IMG/VR virus record: IMGVR_UViG_3300036770_007547
Coordinates: 158,776 to 222,775 of that record
Strand: one strand, 5' to 3'
DNA: 64,000 nucleotides
Below the pieces are notes generated by a model. It saw nothing but the letters and a program-made list of their open reading frames with translations. It was not told where the DNA came from and made no database searches. Every line of letters starts with the position of its first letter. Position 1 is the first letter of the stretch. This document shows, in pieces, positions 48,534 through 57,285 of the stretch. The translations under genes were made by a program, and so were the position numbers.

Positions 48534-49587
48534 TGTATTCGACTTCGAGGTCAGTGAGCTCGGGATAAAAAGGCAAGCTCAATACACGACGGCTCAGCGC
48601 ACTGGCCGAACTCAGGAATCCCGGCCCCGGAAACTGATGGAACTCGGGTATTTCGTGCAACGGAGTACGATAATGCACACGGGCCTCGATGTGGGCCTGC
48701 AAAAGCGATTGCTCCAAGTCATCGCGATGATCCACATCGATCACAAACTTGTGCAAGGCATGTTCGTGTAAATTGTGTTCGGTGATCAAACAGCGCATGG
48801 ATCCTCGGAACTCTTTGATCCAATGTTCGGCGATCTTGGCCCGGCGTTGTTGCCATTGGTCCAGATACCTAGTCTTGACCATGAGATGCGCGGCATCTAT
48901 TTCACTGATGCGACTGTTTGTACCCCAAGTGCGATGACGGTTGTATTTGCCATTGTCGCGCCAAGCCCGTGCATAGTCGGCCAGTCTGGGATCGTTGGTG
49001 ACCACGGCACCACCGTTTCCGTATGCACTGAGATTTTTCATGGGATCAAAACTGATGGCAGCACCAGATCCGATCCTGCCACAATCGTCACTGATCCAAT
49101 GCTGGGCAGCATCTTCTATCACAGCGATGTGAGTGAATTTTTGCCAATCTCGCACCGAACCATGGTGTGTGATTGGATGTCCATAAAGCCCGACCAGACA
49201 CATGGCATTGATGCTGGAACGATCTGGAAGTTTTCTGAGATCCATGATACCGTCTGAATCCACATCGCACAATATCACATCCCAGCCCGCTCGCAGCCAG
49301 GCATTGATGGTGGCCACATATGTCATGGAAGGCACAGCCACCGTGGGTTGGGCGTCGGTTGTTTCGTGTCGCAAGAATTCAGCGATGATTTCCAGGGCTT
49401 GTGTGCCTGAATGACAGGTTATGGCCCATTTGCATCGATTTTTTCGTGCCAGCCAGTGTTCAAACTCTTCGGTCCAGTTTCCACTCATGACCTGCCCAGA
49501 TCTCAACACCTCATCGGTGACATCCAGGATTTCCTGGCGCAAGTTGTTGTACTGTTTCTTGATTCCAGTGAACGGGATTTTGATCAT
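48505..49587 (-). CDS. DegT/DnrJ/EryC1/StrS PLP-dependent sugar aminotransferase
   Basis: CHSGTQAL, IEDAAQ, SFDPMKNLSAYGNGG (PLP lysine), NSRISEIDAA, LSLPFYP. Confidence 0.93.
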   Translation of the reverse strand: MIKIPFTGIKKQYNNLRQEILDVTDEVLRSGQVMSGNWTEEFEHWLARKNRCKWAITCHSGTQALEIIAEFLRHETTDAQPTVAVPSMTYVATINAWLRAGWDVILCDVDSDGIMDLRKLPDRSSINAMCLVGLYGHPITHHGSVRDWQKFTHIAVIEDAAQHWISDDCGRIGSGAAISFDPMKNLSAYGNGGAVVTNDPRLADYARAWRDNGKYNRHRTWGTNSRISEIDAAHLMVKTRYLDQWQQRRAKIAEHWIKEFRGSMRCLITEHNLHEHALHKFVIDVDHRDDLEQSLLQAHIEARVHYRTPLHEIPEFHQFPGPGFLSSASALSRRVLSLPFYPELTDLEVEYITESVKSHV

Positions 49588-49593
49588 GATCGG

Positions 49594-50580
49594 TCACAAT
49601 GCCAGTCGTTGACGCCAGTAATCGCTGTTGATGATCCAGTTGTGATAGATTTGGAATCCTTGGTCAATGTCGACTTTGGGATTGAAATCCAGTAGTTGCT
49701 GTGCTAGAGTGATGTCGAGTCTTCCGCGACTGGGAAAATCCTGATCACGATCGCGCACTTCGATGTCACCACGGCCCACTAGTTTTTGTGCCAGTTGAGC
49801 TGCTTCTAGCAGTGTCCATGCATGACTCTTGGTTATGTTGAAGGTGTGATTGTTGGCTTGATCTCTCAGGCACGCAGCCACGATGCCATCGGCAGCATCA
49901 TCCACGTAGGTAAAATCCAAGCGCTCGTTGGCACCGTTGACGCGTATGGTTTCTCCGCGCATGGCAGTGATCAAGAAACGACTGATCACGCGATCCTCCA
50001 CGTCCAAGGGTCCGTATACTGCACTGGGACGGATCACCACATGCGCCATTCCATACTTGCGGGTGTAATCTCGCACCAACCATTCGCCGGCCAGCTTCAT
50101 GATGCCGTATTGACCTTGTGGACGGCATTCGGCATCTTCGGTCACTGCATCACGGAAGTCGCCATAGACCATGCTGGATGATATGTAAACAAACTTTTTC
50201 ACGCCCGACAGTCTCGCTGCTTCCAAGAGATTCAAAAGACCTTCCATCATGGTACGCGAGCCCAGCGCCGGCGCAGCATTCACCACTTTCTGTCTCGGGA
50301 AACTGGCCATGTGTATCACAGTGTCGGGCTGTTCTTGGCGAAACACATAATCCACATTGTGTGACACAGAGATATCGCCCACATACAATGGTGTATCGGG
50401 TGCGATGCGTTTTTCTCTTTCTTGGAACAGATACTGCATCTCATCTTCGGGTATGATACCGTAGTTGGTTTTGTTGTCCATGACCGTGGTCCAATGTCCC
50501 AGTGCTTGCAGACGATTCACCACATTGTGACCGATGAGACCAAGCCCACCTGTAACTAAGATTTTTCTTGATTGTTCCAT
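49594..50580 (-). CDS. NAD-dependent NDP-sugar epimerase/dehydratase (extended SDR)
   Basis: VTGGLGLIG (GxxGxxG), SSSMVYG, YGIMK (YxxxK), RPSAVYGP, DFTYVDD. Confidence 0.93.
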   Translation of the reverse strand: MEQSRKILVTGGLGLIGHNVVNRLQALGHWTTVMDNKTNYGIIPEDEMQYLFQEREKRIAPDTPLYVGDISVSHNVDYVFRQEQPDTVIHMASFPRQKVVNAAPALGSRTMMEGLLNLLEAARLSGVKKFVYISSSMVYGDFRDAVTEDAECRPQGQYGIMKLAGEWLVRDYTRKYGMAHVVIRPSAVYGPLDVEDRVISRFLITAMRGETIRVNGANERLDFTYVDDAADGIVAACLRDQANNHTFNITKSHAWTLLEAAQLAQKLVGRGDIEVRDRDQDFPSRGRLDITLAQQLLDFNPKVDIDQGFQIYHNWIINSDYWRQRLAL

Positions 50581-50807
50581 CTCAAGTAGTACTCCGTGAC
50601 TTTTCGTGGATCTGAAATTTCGCCTCGTATGGCCACATCATATCCCCAGTAATTTTCATCGGGTTGTGTATGATAGGTGAGATTGTGCGCATGCTCCATG
50701 ACCCATCGTCCTTGCTCGGTCTGTTGCCACTGGTATATGGGTTGTGCCGCATAGATGTCTACATCATCTACATCGCCCAGATTGAAGCGATAGAAAGTGA
50801 TCTTCAC
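50556..50807 (-). CDS. Hypothetical protein
   Basis: 83-aa ORF overlapping both neighbours in the - strand operon. Confidence 0.7.
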   Translation of the reverse strand: MKITFYRFNLGDVDDVDIYAAQPIYQWQQTEQGRWVMEHAHNLTYHTQPDENYWGYDVAIRGEISDPRKVTEYYLRWNNQEKS

Positions 50808-51487
50808 GATTGTACGAAATCAGAAACCATGGGAAAGATACGTGAAATGGCCTCTGCACAGGCCCGAGCCACTTCTTGATGCTCTCGTTGTGTGCCATTG
50901 GCACTCCTGAGCTCGATGAAATGTGCCCATGATCTCAGGGTACCATTCATGTAGATCCTGCTTTCGATCAATCCCTCGGGCAACACGGCACGAGCCTGTT
51001 CCTTGGCGATGCCTTTGGTGATGGCCCATTCGTAGTTGCGTCGAGCCAGTTCGATCACTTCGAGTTGTTTTATGTGCCAGGTCTTGGCCAGCTCTTGCGC
51101 TTCGATATCGGAATCATCGATGCTGATGCTGTTTTGCCGATTCTTTTGATCCTGCATGCGTAGCTCGCGCACTGTGAAATCTAGATCACGTGTGGGGTCG
51201 GCATACCTTTGGCTGAACTCTTGGAACGAGAAACTGCGATGTCTCAGTATCTGCCGTGCGATGTCTCGAGTGGTAGTGATTTCCATGCAGGCCGACACCA
51301 TTTCTAACGGACTCCAATGCTGATGTTTTACCAGGTAGCGTATGAGACGTTCCGAGGTCTCGGTGTTGAACTGATTGGCTGGATTGGAAACACGGGCACA
51401 GTACGCGATGAGTTCTTGTGCATCCGAGATGCCTTGATCTGCAAATTCAGTGCAAGGCTGTGAATAAGAAACCAGGCGTACTTTCAT
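50804..51487 (-). CDS. thyX: FAD-dependent thymidylate synthase
   Basis: AYCARVSNP, HWSPLE, RHRSFSFQEFSQRY (ThyX motif RHRx7SxR), EQARAVLP, QREH. Confidence 0.96.
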   Translation of the reverse strand: MKVRLVSYSQPCTEFADQGISDAQELIAYCARVSNPANQFNTETSERLIRYLVKHQHWSPLEMVSACMEITTTRDIARQILRHRSFSFQEFSQRYADPTRDLDFTVRELRMQDQKNRQNSISIDDSDIEAQELAKTWHIKQLEVIELARRNYEWAITKGIAKEQARAVLPEGLIESRIYMNGTLRSWAHFIELRSANGTQREHQEVARACAEAISRIFPMVSDFVQS

Positions 51488-51789
51488 GCAATACCTTTGA
51501 GTAGTTTGTCGGTTTCGGGTTGCAAAATACCGGCCACAGTCTCGATGTCCAGCACGAACTCCATGCTCACGATGTCTTCCTCATTGGACCGTATGAACGT
51601 GTTGACCATTTGCTCGATGACATCTTCATCAAAGCCCTGTTCTCGGAGACGCTTTAGATTGATGGTTCGTTGGCGCCGTTCGCGTGTACGGAACACCACC
51701 TTTTTCACACAATCTATCGGTACATGCTGCTTGTCGACTTGGTCAACTATGGATTCCCAATTTTTTAGGAAGTCGTTAGTGAGCAGCAT
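51484..51789 (-). CDS. Hypothetical protein
   Basis: Likely start ATG 51789 (MLLTNDF); ATGA-coupled to thyX. Confidence 0.65.
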   Translation of the reverse strand: MLLTNDFLKNWESIVDQVDKQHVPIDCVKKVVFRTRERRQRTINLKRLREQGFDEDVIEQMVNTFIRSNEEDIVSMEFVLDIETVAGILQPETDKLLKGIA

Positions 51790-52471
51790 CCGCCACCACC
51801 TGTTTCTTGGGGCGACCCCGAGTGGTTTTCTTGGCGGTGGCTGGCTCACCCAGCATCTCCCGAGCTTCCTTCAGCAATCTGGCACTCTCGGCCATGAGTC
51901 CTTTGGCTTCGTTTTCCATGCGTTGAGCTTGTTGCAAGAGATTCTGTGCGAGGCTTTGATCATCCAAGGCCATGGAAGCATCACTGCCTGCGATGGTTTT
52001 GGAACCTTGTCGGACTTGATCGGTGGGAGCGCCGATCTCTCGACCATAATCGTCACGTGGACGCACCTTGCCGGTCATGCCACGATTGTTGTCTAGGTCA
52101 GCCATTTCGCGAATGGCATCTTCGCCCAGCTTCATTTTACGGATGATCTCGTTCATCTCTTCGAGGTTGACATGACTACTGGGGTTGGGTGTGACCACGA
52201 TCTGTTTGGTTTGTACTTTTTTCAGCATGCCCTCGGCATGGAGAGTCTGTAGCATGGGTCTGCCATCATTGAACAGTTCGCGAAACAGTGCATCACCGAG
52301 GTTTTCCGCAGTCTGTGCTGGTGCACTTTCGATCACTCGCATCAAGGCATCGTGCATGGCCACTGGTAGAACATCGGGATATACTACCAAGCACATGTGC
52401 TCTTCGGCTGGAATCTCTCGGAACACGATGGCCACCTTTCGGTCTCCGTGTTTGCCCACGTGTTTGATCAT
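51776..52471 (-). CDS. Hypothetical protein (coiled-coil C-terminus)
   Basis: 231 aa; overlaps the upstream ORF by ATGA. Confidence 0.7.
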   Translation of the reverse strand: MIKHVGKHGDRKVAIVFREIPAEEHMCLVVYPDVLPVAMHDALMRVIESAPAQTAENLGDALFRELFNDGRPMLQTLHAEGMLKKVQTKQIVVTPNPSSHVNLEEMNEIIRKMKLGEDAIREMADLDNNRGMTGKVRPRDDYGREIGAPTDQVRQGSKTIAGSDASMALDDQSLAQNLLQQAQRMENEAKGLMAESARLLKEAREMLGEPATAKKTTRGRPKKQVVADAAH

Positions 52472-52701
52472 GATGCTTCTCCTTGTTCGGGTTGTGATTC
52501 GGGTCCGGGTTCTTCGCCGGCAGCCTGTTGTGACTGTGCCTGGTTCAAAACACCAGCCAGGAAAGTGTCCAGGCGTTGGTAAGCTTCACCCACAGCAGTC
52601 ATTTCAGATGCACGGAAGGCACCCCGTGTACATGCCAGTTCAATGATGTTTTTGAGGCTGGCAAGATCGTTGATGTTGAATTCAGAGCGTTGATTTTCCA
52701 T
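52468..52701 (-). CDS. Hypothetical protein
   Basis: 77 aa; TAAATA motif 5 nt upstream of the ATG. Confidence 0.7.
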   Translation of the reverse strand: MENQRSEFNINDLASLKNIIELACTRGAFRASEMTAVGEAYQRLDTFLAGVLNQAQSQQAAGEEPGPESQPEQGEAS

Positions 52702-52721
52702 GCAATTATTTACTACAAAGA

Positions 52722-52751
52722 AAACCCTGGATCAAATAAAATCCAGGGTTT
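52722..52751 (-). terminator. Putative intrinsic terminator after the VWA gene
   Basis: 11-bp inverted repeat AAACCCTGGAT/ATCCAGGGTTT with 8-nt loop, followed by a T-rich tract on the - strand. Confidence 0.7.
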
Positions 52752-52770
52752 GACAGTGATTCTGGAGAAA

Positions 52771-54048
52771 TTACTTGTCTTCGCCGTACAAAGCCCACTG
52801 ACCAAATGGTGGGTGTGGGTCGCGATCACCGTGGATGATCCATACAGTGTCGCAGTAGTTGGGATCGCCCCACGAACCAAACGGATAGCCATCTGTGAAA
52901 ACCACCAAGCGCCGGGGTTCAATCTCTTCGCGTTTGAGATACTCAAAGATGCAATCAAAATCGGTACCACCACCGCCCTTGAGTTCGTAGTTGGCAACAT
53001 CTTCGAGATTTTCGCTGGTGTAGATGCATACATTGTAAACTTCGGTGTCGAACGACGCCATGATGATGCGATAGCTGGAAAATTGTTCCATGATACCAGC
53101 CACTTCGGAGATAAAGTCTCGAGCCTGGGAGTCGGAGATCGAACCCGACATGTCATTCATGATCACGATATCGATCATGTCATCGTTGCGCATGCCCGGC
53201 ATCACCGCATCCATGTCCCAACCTTTGCGGCTGGTCTTCATCCAAGAATAGTCGCTCTTGATAGTGGATTCTAATTGCATGCGGAGCAGTTCACGCCAGT
53301 TCATCTTGGGCTCGGTGAGGTCCTGGATCAGTCGTCGCACACCCAAGGGCAAGTTGCCGGCATCGGATACCTGGGCGGCATTGAGCATGGCTTCTTTGAT
53401 CTCGTCTCGGATCTGATCTCGTTCTTCTTTGCTGAGCCGAGCTGGTCCTTTACCTTTGCCGTCTTGATCACCATCGCTGTTGCCGCCATCTTCGTCACCG
53501 TCCATGTGCTCGTCGATCATGCGATCGATCAATTGGTCAAGATCGATCTTTTCGGCATTTTCATAGATGTCGTCATAGATTTCTTCACTGCTCATGCCCT
53601 CGTATTTGGAGTCATAAAGGCAGGGCACCGAAGTGATGAATTCGCCCACTCGGTGTTTCTTGAGATCGGCATTGACTGCAAAGTCATTGGCGATGTTCCA
53701 CAGTTGTGGATCACGACTGCCGCGTCGTCCAAAATGGTCGTAGACACAATGCAGGACTTCGTGTCCAAACAAGAACTCAATCTCTTTGGGCCGTAGCATC
53801 TTGATGAATCGACTGTTGTAATAGAAATGGCGCCCATCAGTGGCGGCAGTGGCACACCATTCGTCGGCGTTGACCAGTTTGAGTCGCGTGGCTAGATTAC
53901 CAAAAAACGAAGCTCGAAGCAACATACCAATCCGGGCAGTGACCAACATCTCGCGCACTTCTCGATCCAACTTGGCATCCATGGGACCAATTAGATTGGC
54001 AAATTTTTTGGCATCATCTTTGTTCTGGGTACTGGTTGCAGTAGTCAT
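52771..54048 (-). CDS. Metallopeptidase-like + VWA domain protein (DUF2201-like), likely partner of the AAA ATPase
   Basis: TAATDG, GHEVLH (HExxH), acidic linker, DMSGS (MIDAS DxSxS), GGGGTDF, VVFTDG. Confidence 0.85.
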   Translation of the reverse strand: MTTATSTQNKDDAKKFANLIGPMDAKLDREVREMLVTARIGMLLRASFFGNLATRLKLVNADEWCATAATDGRHFYYNSRFIKMLRPKEIEFLFGHEVLHCVYDHFGRRGSRDPQLWNIANDFAVNADLKKHRVGEFITSVPCLYDSKYEGMSSEEIYDDIYENAEKIDLDQLIDRMIDEHMDGDEDGGNSDGDQDGKGKGPARLSKEERDQIRDEIKEAMLNAAQVSDAGNLPLGVRRLIQDLTEPKMNWRELLRMQLESTIKSDYSWMKTSRKGWDMDAVMPGMRNDDMIDIVIMNDMSGSISDSQARDFISEVAGIMEQFSSYRIIMASFDTEVYNVCIYTSENLEDVANYELKGGGGTDFDCIFEYLKREEIEPRRLVVFTDGYPFGSWGDPNYCDTVWIIHGDRDPHPPFGQWALYGEDK

Positions 54049-54072
54049 TCGCGCTCCTTCATTGTATTCTAT

Positions 54073-54101
54073 ATTATACGATAATCATGATTTCTGGTCA
54101 A
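54073..54101 (-). promoter_or_regulatory. Sigma70-like promoter for the VWA gene
   Basis: - strand TTGACC (54101-54096), 17-nt spacer, TATAAT (54078-54073); GAAGGAG RBS before ATG 54048. Confidence 0.8.
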
Positions 54102-54462
54102 CCGGATGCGCCAGCTGGAAAAAAGCCAGTTCTGCGTCGGTGGCCACGTAGATACGCAGATCATCGTAGCCGTTGGTCCATGACCAGTGTGGGTTGCAAT
54201 GATCAGGACGCTCAGTTAGTATGCTCTGTGCGATTCGGAAAGGTTGTGTTTTTATCCCGGGAAAGACAGTGACCCACTTCTGCATCTTGCTGTAATCGCG
54301 AATCTCGGCACTCCAGCCATAGGTGTCAAAGAACCATTTCAGTGCATCGTTGAATTGCAGTGGACCGTGATTCACGGCCATACGGTTGGAGAACTTGATG
54401 CAGTATTCAAACAAGTCTCGGTAGGTATAGCGACCATCCAATCGTATGATTTCGTATTTCAT
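54085..54462 (-). CDS. Hypothetical protein
   Basis: 125 aa; TAAATA 6 nt upstream. Confidence 0.65.
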   Translation of the reverse strand: MKYEIIRLDGRYTYRDLFEYCIKFSNRMAVNHGPLQFNDALKWFFDTYGWSAEIRDYSKMQKWVTVFPGIKTQPFRIAQSILTERPDHCNPHWSWTNGYDDLRIYVATDAELAFFQLAHPVDQKS

Positions 54463-54740
54463 CGTTGGTATTTAAGACTGAACATGATGGCATCACGACT
54501 GTCACGGAAATGGAAGTCCACGACCCAGAGGTTGCTTTGGGTGTCGGGTGTGTTGGCAGTGACGAACTGCCATTTGCGACGATCACCAGGCGGGCCAAAA
54601 TCTCGGGCAACATTTCGCAGTAGATCCTGTACCTGTTGATGCGAGTAAGGTACGAATTCGTACTGGACCACGGTGGTGGGAGGGACGGGATCTGACATAG
54701 CCCTATGTCCGCTCACGCGATAGATCCCGTCCCGGTTCAA
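54459..54740 (-). CDS. Hypothetical protein
   Basis: 93-aa ORF overlapping the next gene; start uncertain. Confidence 0.55.
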   Translation of the reverse strand: MNRDGIYRVSGHRAMSDPVPPTTVVQYEFVPYSHQQVQDLLRNVARDFGPPGDRRKWQFVTANTPDTQSNLWVVDFHFRDSRDAIMFSLKYQR

Positions 54741-54742
54741 CC

Positions 54743-55831
54743 TTAATTGTTGGCTTGAAGGATGTACTTGCCGTATTTCTGATGGAACTCATCAAAGTGC
54801 TTGAGCTTGGTGGGCTGGAATGGTAGACCATATGTGGTCAGCGCGATCCTGGCACCCATGACAACGATCTCGGTCTCAAAATTGTCCATCATGAACTTGA
54901 AGAAGTTATCGGCCATGGCATGGAACTCTTTGTCCGGAGACTTGTTTTCGATGGCTGCCTTGAGTTCGTAGCACAACGAAGTCACGAGACTGTACATGGC
55001 CGAAACTTCTTTGACTTTGAGCTCTTTTTCTTTGCCGGCTAGAATGGCTTCGGGCTTGGGCAGTTTACTTGAAATCTTGCGGTGAGCCATGAACTTGACT
55101 GCGAGACCCTCGCCCACAGTACCAGCGATGAGATCGGTGGCAGTGACATCATCGAGGTCCTCGTCTTTGAGCAGTTCGCTGACAAAATGCCACGAGCGTG
55201 GGGTAGCGAACGCACGGCTGGCGCTCTTGCTGTCAAAGTCGTAGAGATCTTGTTTGGCGAACGTGATATAACCCACCACATCCTTGTGCTCGTTGTTGAG
55301 CACTGCCCACTCATGCCATGCGGCAAAGTCGGGACGCATTTCCACATGCACGAAACGGTTGCTCAGCGGAGTGGGCATGCGATAAGTGACACCTTTGTCG
55401 CTCTCGCGATTGCCCGCGGCGATCATCACCACATTGTCGGGTAGCACATACCGACCAACACGACGATTCAGCACCAACTGATAGGCCGCAGCCTGCACCG
55501 CCGGTGGTGCCGAATTCATCTCGTCCATGAATAACACAACGATGGGATACTGGCTGGCCAATTCCTCATCGGGCAGATCGATGGGCGGTGCCCAATCCAT
55601 TTTACCGGCGTCTTTGTTGTAGAACGGAATACCACGGATGTCAGTGGGATCCATCTGACCCAGACGGAGATCGATCATGAGCCCGCCCAATTCTTGAGCG
55701 ATCTCGGCCACCACTTCACTCTTGCCGATGCCGGGAGGGCCCCAGAGAAAAATCGGACGTTTCACAGCGAAACATTTTTGGATGGTTTTGCGAGCACCAA
55801 TCGCGGTAACGGTGCGATGTTCTACGGACAT
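54743..55831 (-). CDS. MoxR/dynein-related AAA+ ATPase
   Basis: Walker A GPPGIGKS, Walker B VLFMDE, AAGNR, PLSNRF, ATPRSW. Confidence 0.9.
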   Translation of the reverse strand: MSVEHRTVTAIGARKTIQKCFAVKRPIFLWGPPGIGKSEVVAEIAQELGGLMIDLRLGQMDPTDIRGIPFYNKDAGKMDWAPPIDLPDEELASQYPIVVLFMDEMNSAPPAVQAAAYQLVLNRRVGRYVLPDNVVMIAAGNRESDKGVTYRMPTPLSNRFVHVEMRPDFAAWHEWAVLNNEHKDVVGYITFAKQDLYDFDSKSASRAFATPRSWHFVSELLKDEDLDDVTATDLIAGTVGEGLAVKFMAHRKISSKLPKPEAILAGKEKELKVKEVSAMYSLVTSLCYELKAAIENKSPDKEFHAMADNFFKFMMDNFETEIVVMGARIALTTYGLPFQPTKLKHFDEFHQKYGKYILQANN

Positions 55832-55868
55832 AGGGCTATTCCTCTTGGTTGATTGCTACAGTCACTAA

Positions 55869-55973
55869 ATTATACAATATCTCGATATATTGGTCAACTA
55901 CGAAAGTCAATGAATTTGTGGGCCTTGTTGTTTACTGTTCTAGTATTGTATGAAAATGGGATTTTCTGGTCAA
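55869..55973 (-). promoter_or_regulatory. Two tandem sigma70-like promoters upstream of the AAA gene
   Basis: TTGACC(55973-55968)-N17-TACAAT(55950-55945) and TTGACC(55897-55892)-N17-TATAAT(55874-55869). Confidence 0.75.
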
Positions 55974-56000
55974 CCTCGAGCATTGTAGCGTAAATACCAC

Positions 56001-56234
56001 ATGATTTCGGCCAAACAACATCTCAAAGACAGCAACATGACCTACTGGTATCACTTCCGTCACAGCATGGCCAATGGTGGAAGATTGCTGTGGCTGGCCA
56101 TCAGCAGTTTCGTGCATGCTGTGTTTCCGCAGATAGCGCCACAACATGCCGCTCGCGGCATCATCCGCATCTACAATCGCATGCGTGAATACCGCCACCT
56201 CAGGCGATTGATGAAGTCAGTAGACTCGACTTGA
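56001..56234 (+). CDS. Small hypothetical protein (DUF6356-like)
   Basis: HLKDSNMTYWYH..H...SSFVHAVFP pattern; TAAATA 4 nt upstream. Confidence 0.6.
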   Translation: MISAKQHLKDSNMTYWYHFRHSMANGGRLLWLAISSFVHAVFPQIAPQHAARGIIRIYNRMREYRHLRRLMKSVDST

Positions 56235-56906
56235 TGTGCCGGGCCGGGCTCGTGAGTTTTCGGGCAAATCTTCAAACACCGTGACGCTGGGTGCAATCAC
56301 TGTTCCGTTGCCAATCTTCATGTGTCGACCGTCTTGATGTCGATTGACGATGGTGCTTTTGACTCCCACAAAGCAATCTTCCCCCACTTCGCATCCGCCA
56401 GTCACGCAGGCACCGATTTGTATCAATGATCGAGATCCCACCACGACGTCGTGGCTGATGTAGGCCTGATCCTTGACTGTGACATGATCATGTATCACAG
56501 CACCGTGATTGATCTGGGCTCGTGATCCTATGATGACGTTGTGTCCCAATCGCGCTCGTGGACTGATCTGTGCCGAAGGATGTGCCACAGTGGCACCCAC
56601 CAATCTATGGTCCTGCATGATGCCTATCAGTCCCAGTCGTTTGTTGCGTGTGCGTCGACTTATCGGATGCTGCCCCGGTACCCAGGTGGTACCCACTAGG
56701 TATTCACAATCGGCTCTTTCATCCAGGGCTTCGTCGAGCGTGATATCTTCTAGACCCAAGTCATTGGGGATACCATCGGGATCGTACACACCTCTTATGG
56801 GACGTTGTGTGGCCGATACAAGTTCTACTAGATGTGGAAGGCTGGCGGCCCATCCCAAGATCACGATGGGTCGGCGATTGTAGGTCAAGTCAAGTGTGAA
56901 TCTCAT
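56217..56906 (-). CDS. NeuD/PglD-like sugar acyltransferase (hexapeptide beta-helix)
   Basis: N-terminal IVILG Rossmann-like segment, ATVAHPSAQIS, hexapeptide repeats ([LIV]G.....I), IGHD-like ISHD motif. Confidence 0.8.
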   Translation of the reverse strand: MRFTLDLTYNRRPIVILGWAASLPHLVELVSATQRPIRGVYDPDGIPNDLGLEDITLDEALDERADCEYLVGTTWVPGQHPISRRTRNKRLGLIGIMQDHRLVGATVAHPSAQISPRARLGHNVIIGSRAQINHGAVIHDHVTVKDQAYISHDVVVGSRSLIQIGACVTGGCEVGEDCFVGVKSTIVNRHQDGRHMKIGNGTVIAPSVTVFEDLPENSRARPGTSSRVY

Positions 56907-56939
56907 GTTGGATATTTATTGGTTGATGACATGGTCATG

Positions 56940-56964
56940 AAAAAGCCCGCCGAAGCGGGCTTTT
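56940..56964 (-). terminator. Intrinsic terminator downstream of tmRNA (possibly bidirectional)
   Basis: - strand AAAAGCCCGC-TTCG-GCGGGCTTTTT. Confidence 0.9.
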
Positions 56965-57278
56965 GGTGGGTTTGATAACAAGGCCTGTCCTGCCCCGTCT
57001 AGCCTTAGGCGGCTAGAGCAAACACCTCATCGTTGGCATTTGTAGGTTTCGCTTCTACGGCCGGGAAATCCCAACCCTAAGGGCTTCTGCCTTGCCCCGC
57101 TGTCCACTCTGCTACTCCTTGCACTGTCGAAACTATTTCGGGCCCATCAGAAGCATACTAGCAACACCGACCATAAAGGTTCTCTTTACGATGTTTACAG
57201 TCTAATATGCTTCTGGTGGACCCGGCCGGTACCGCCCCGGCGTCCAGAACACATTTTGCATCGCTTCATACAGCGATA
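56965..57278 (-). ncRNA. ssrA: Circularly permuted (two-piece) tmRNA; tag ANDEVFALAA*
   Basis: - strand order: acceptor piece ending GCCGG-GGCGGTA-CCGGC-CGGGTCC-A-CCA (57214), 68-nt intervening segment with 12-bp stem, then coding piece starting GGGCCCGAAATAGTTTCGAC (57145). G3:U70 pair; tag ORF 57037-57005. Outer ends approximate. Confidence 0.92.
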
Positions 57279-57285
57279 ATACTAT

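Noticed and set aside
50804-51487. thyX as evidence for DNA base hypermodification
   Set aside because: It is a canonical ThyX; no dCMP/dUMP hydroxymethylase, queuosine-pathway or base-J genes were recognised in the window. DNA modification is kept only as an alternative for the cluster.
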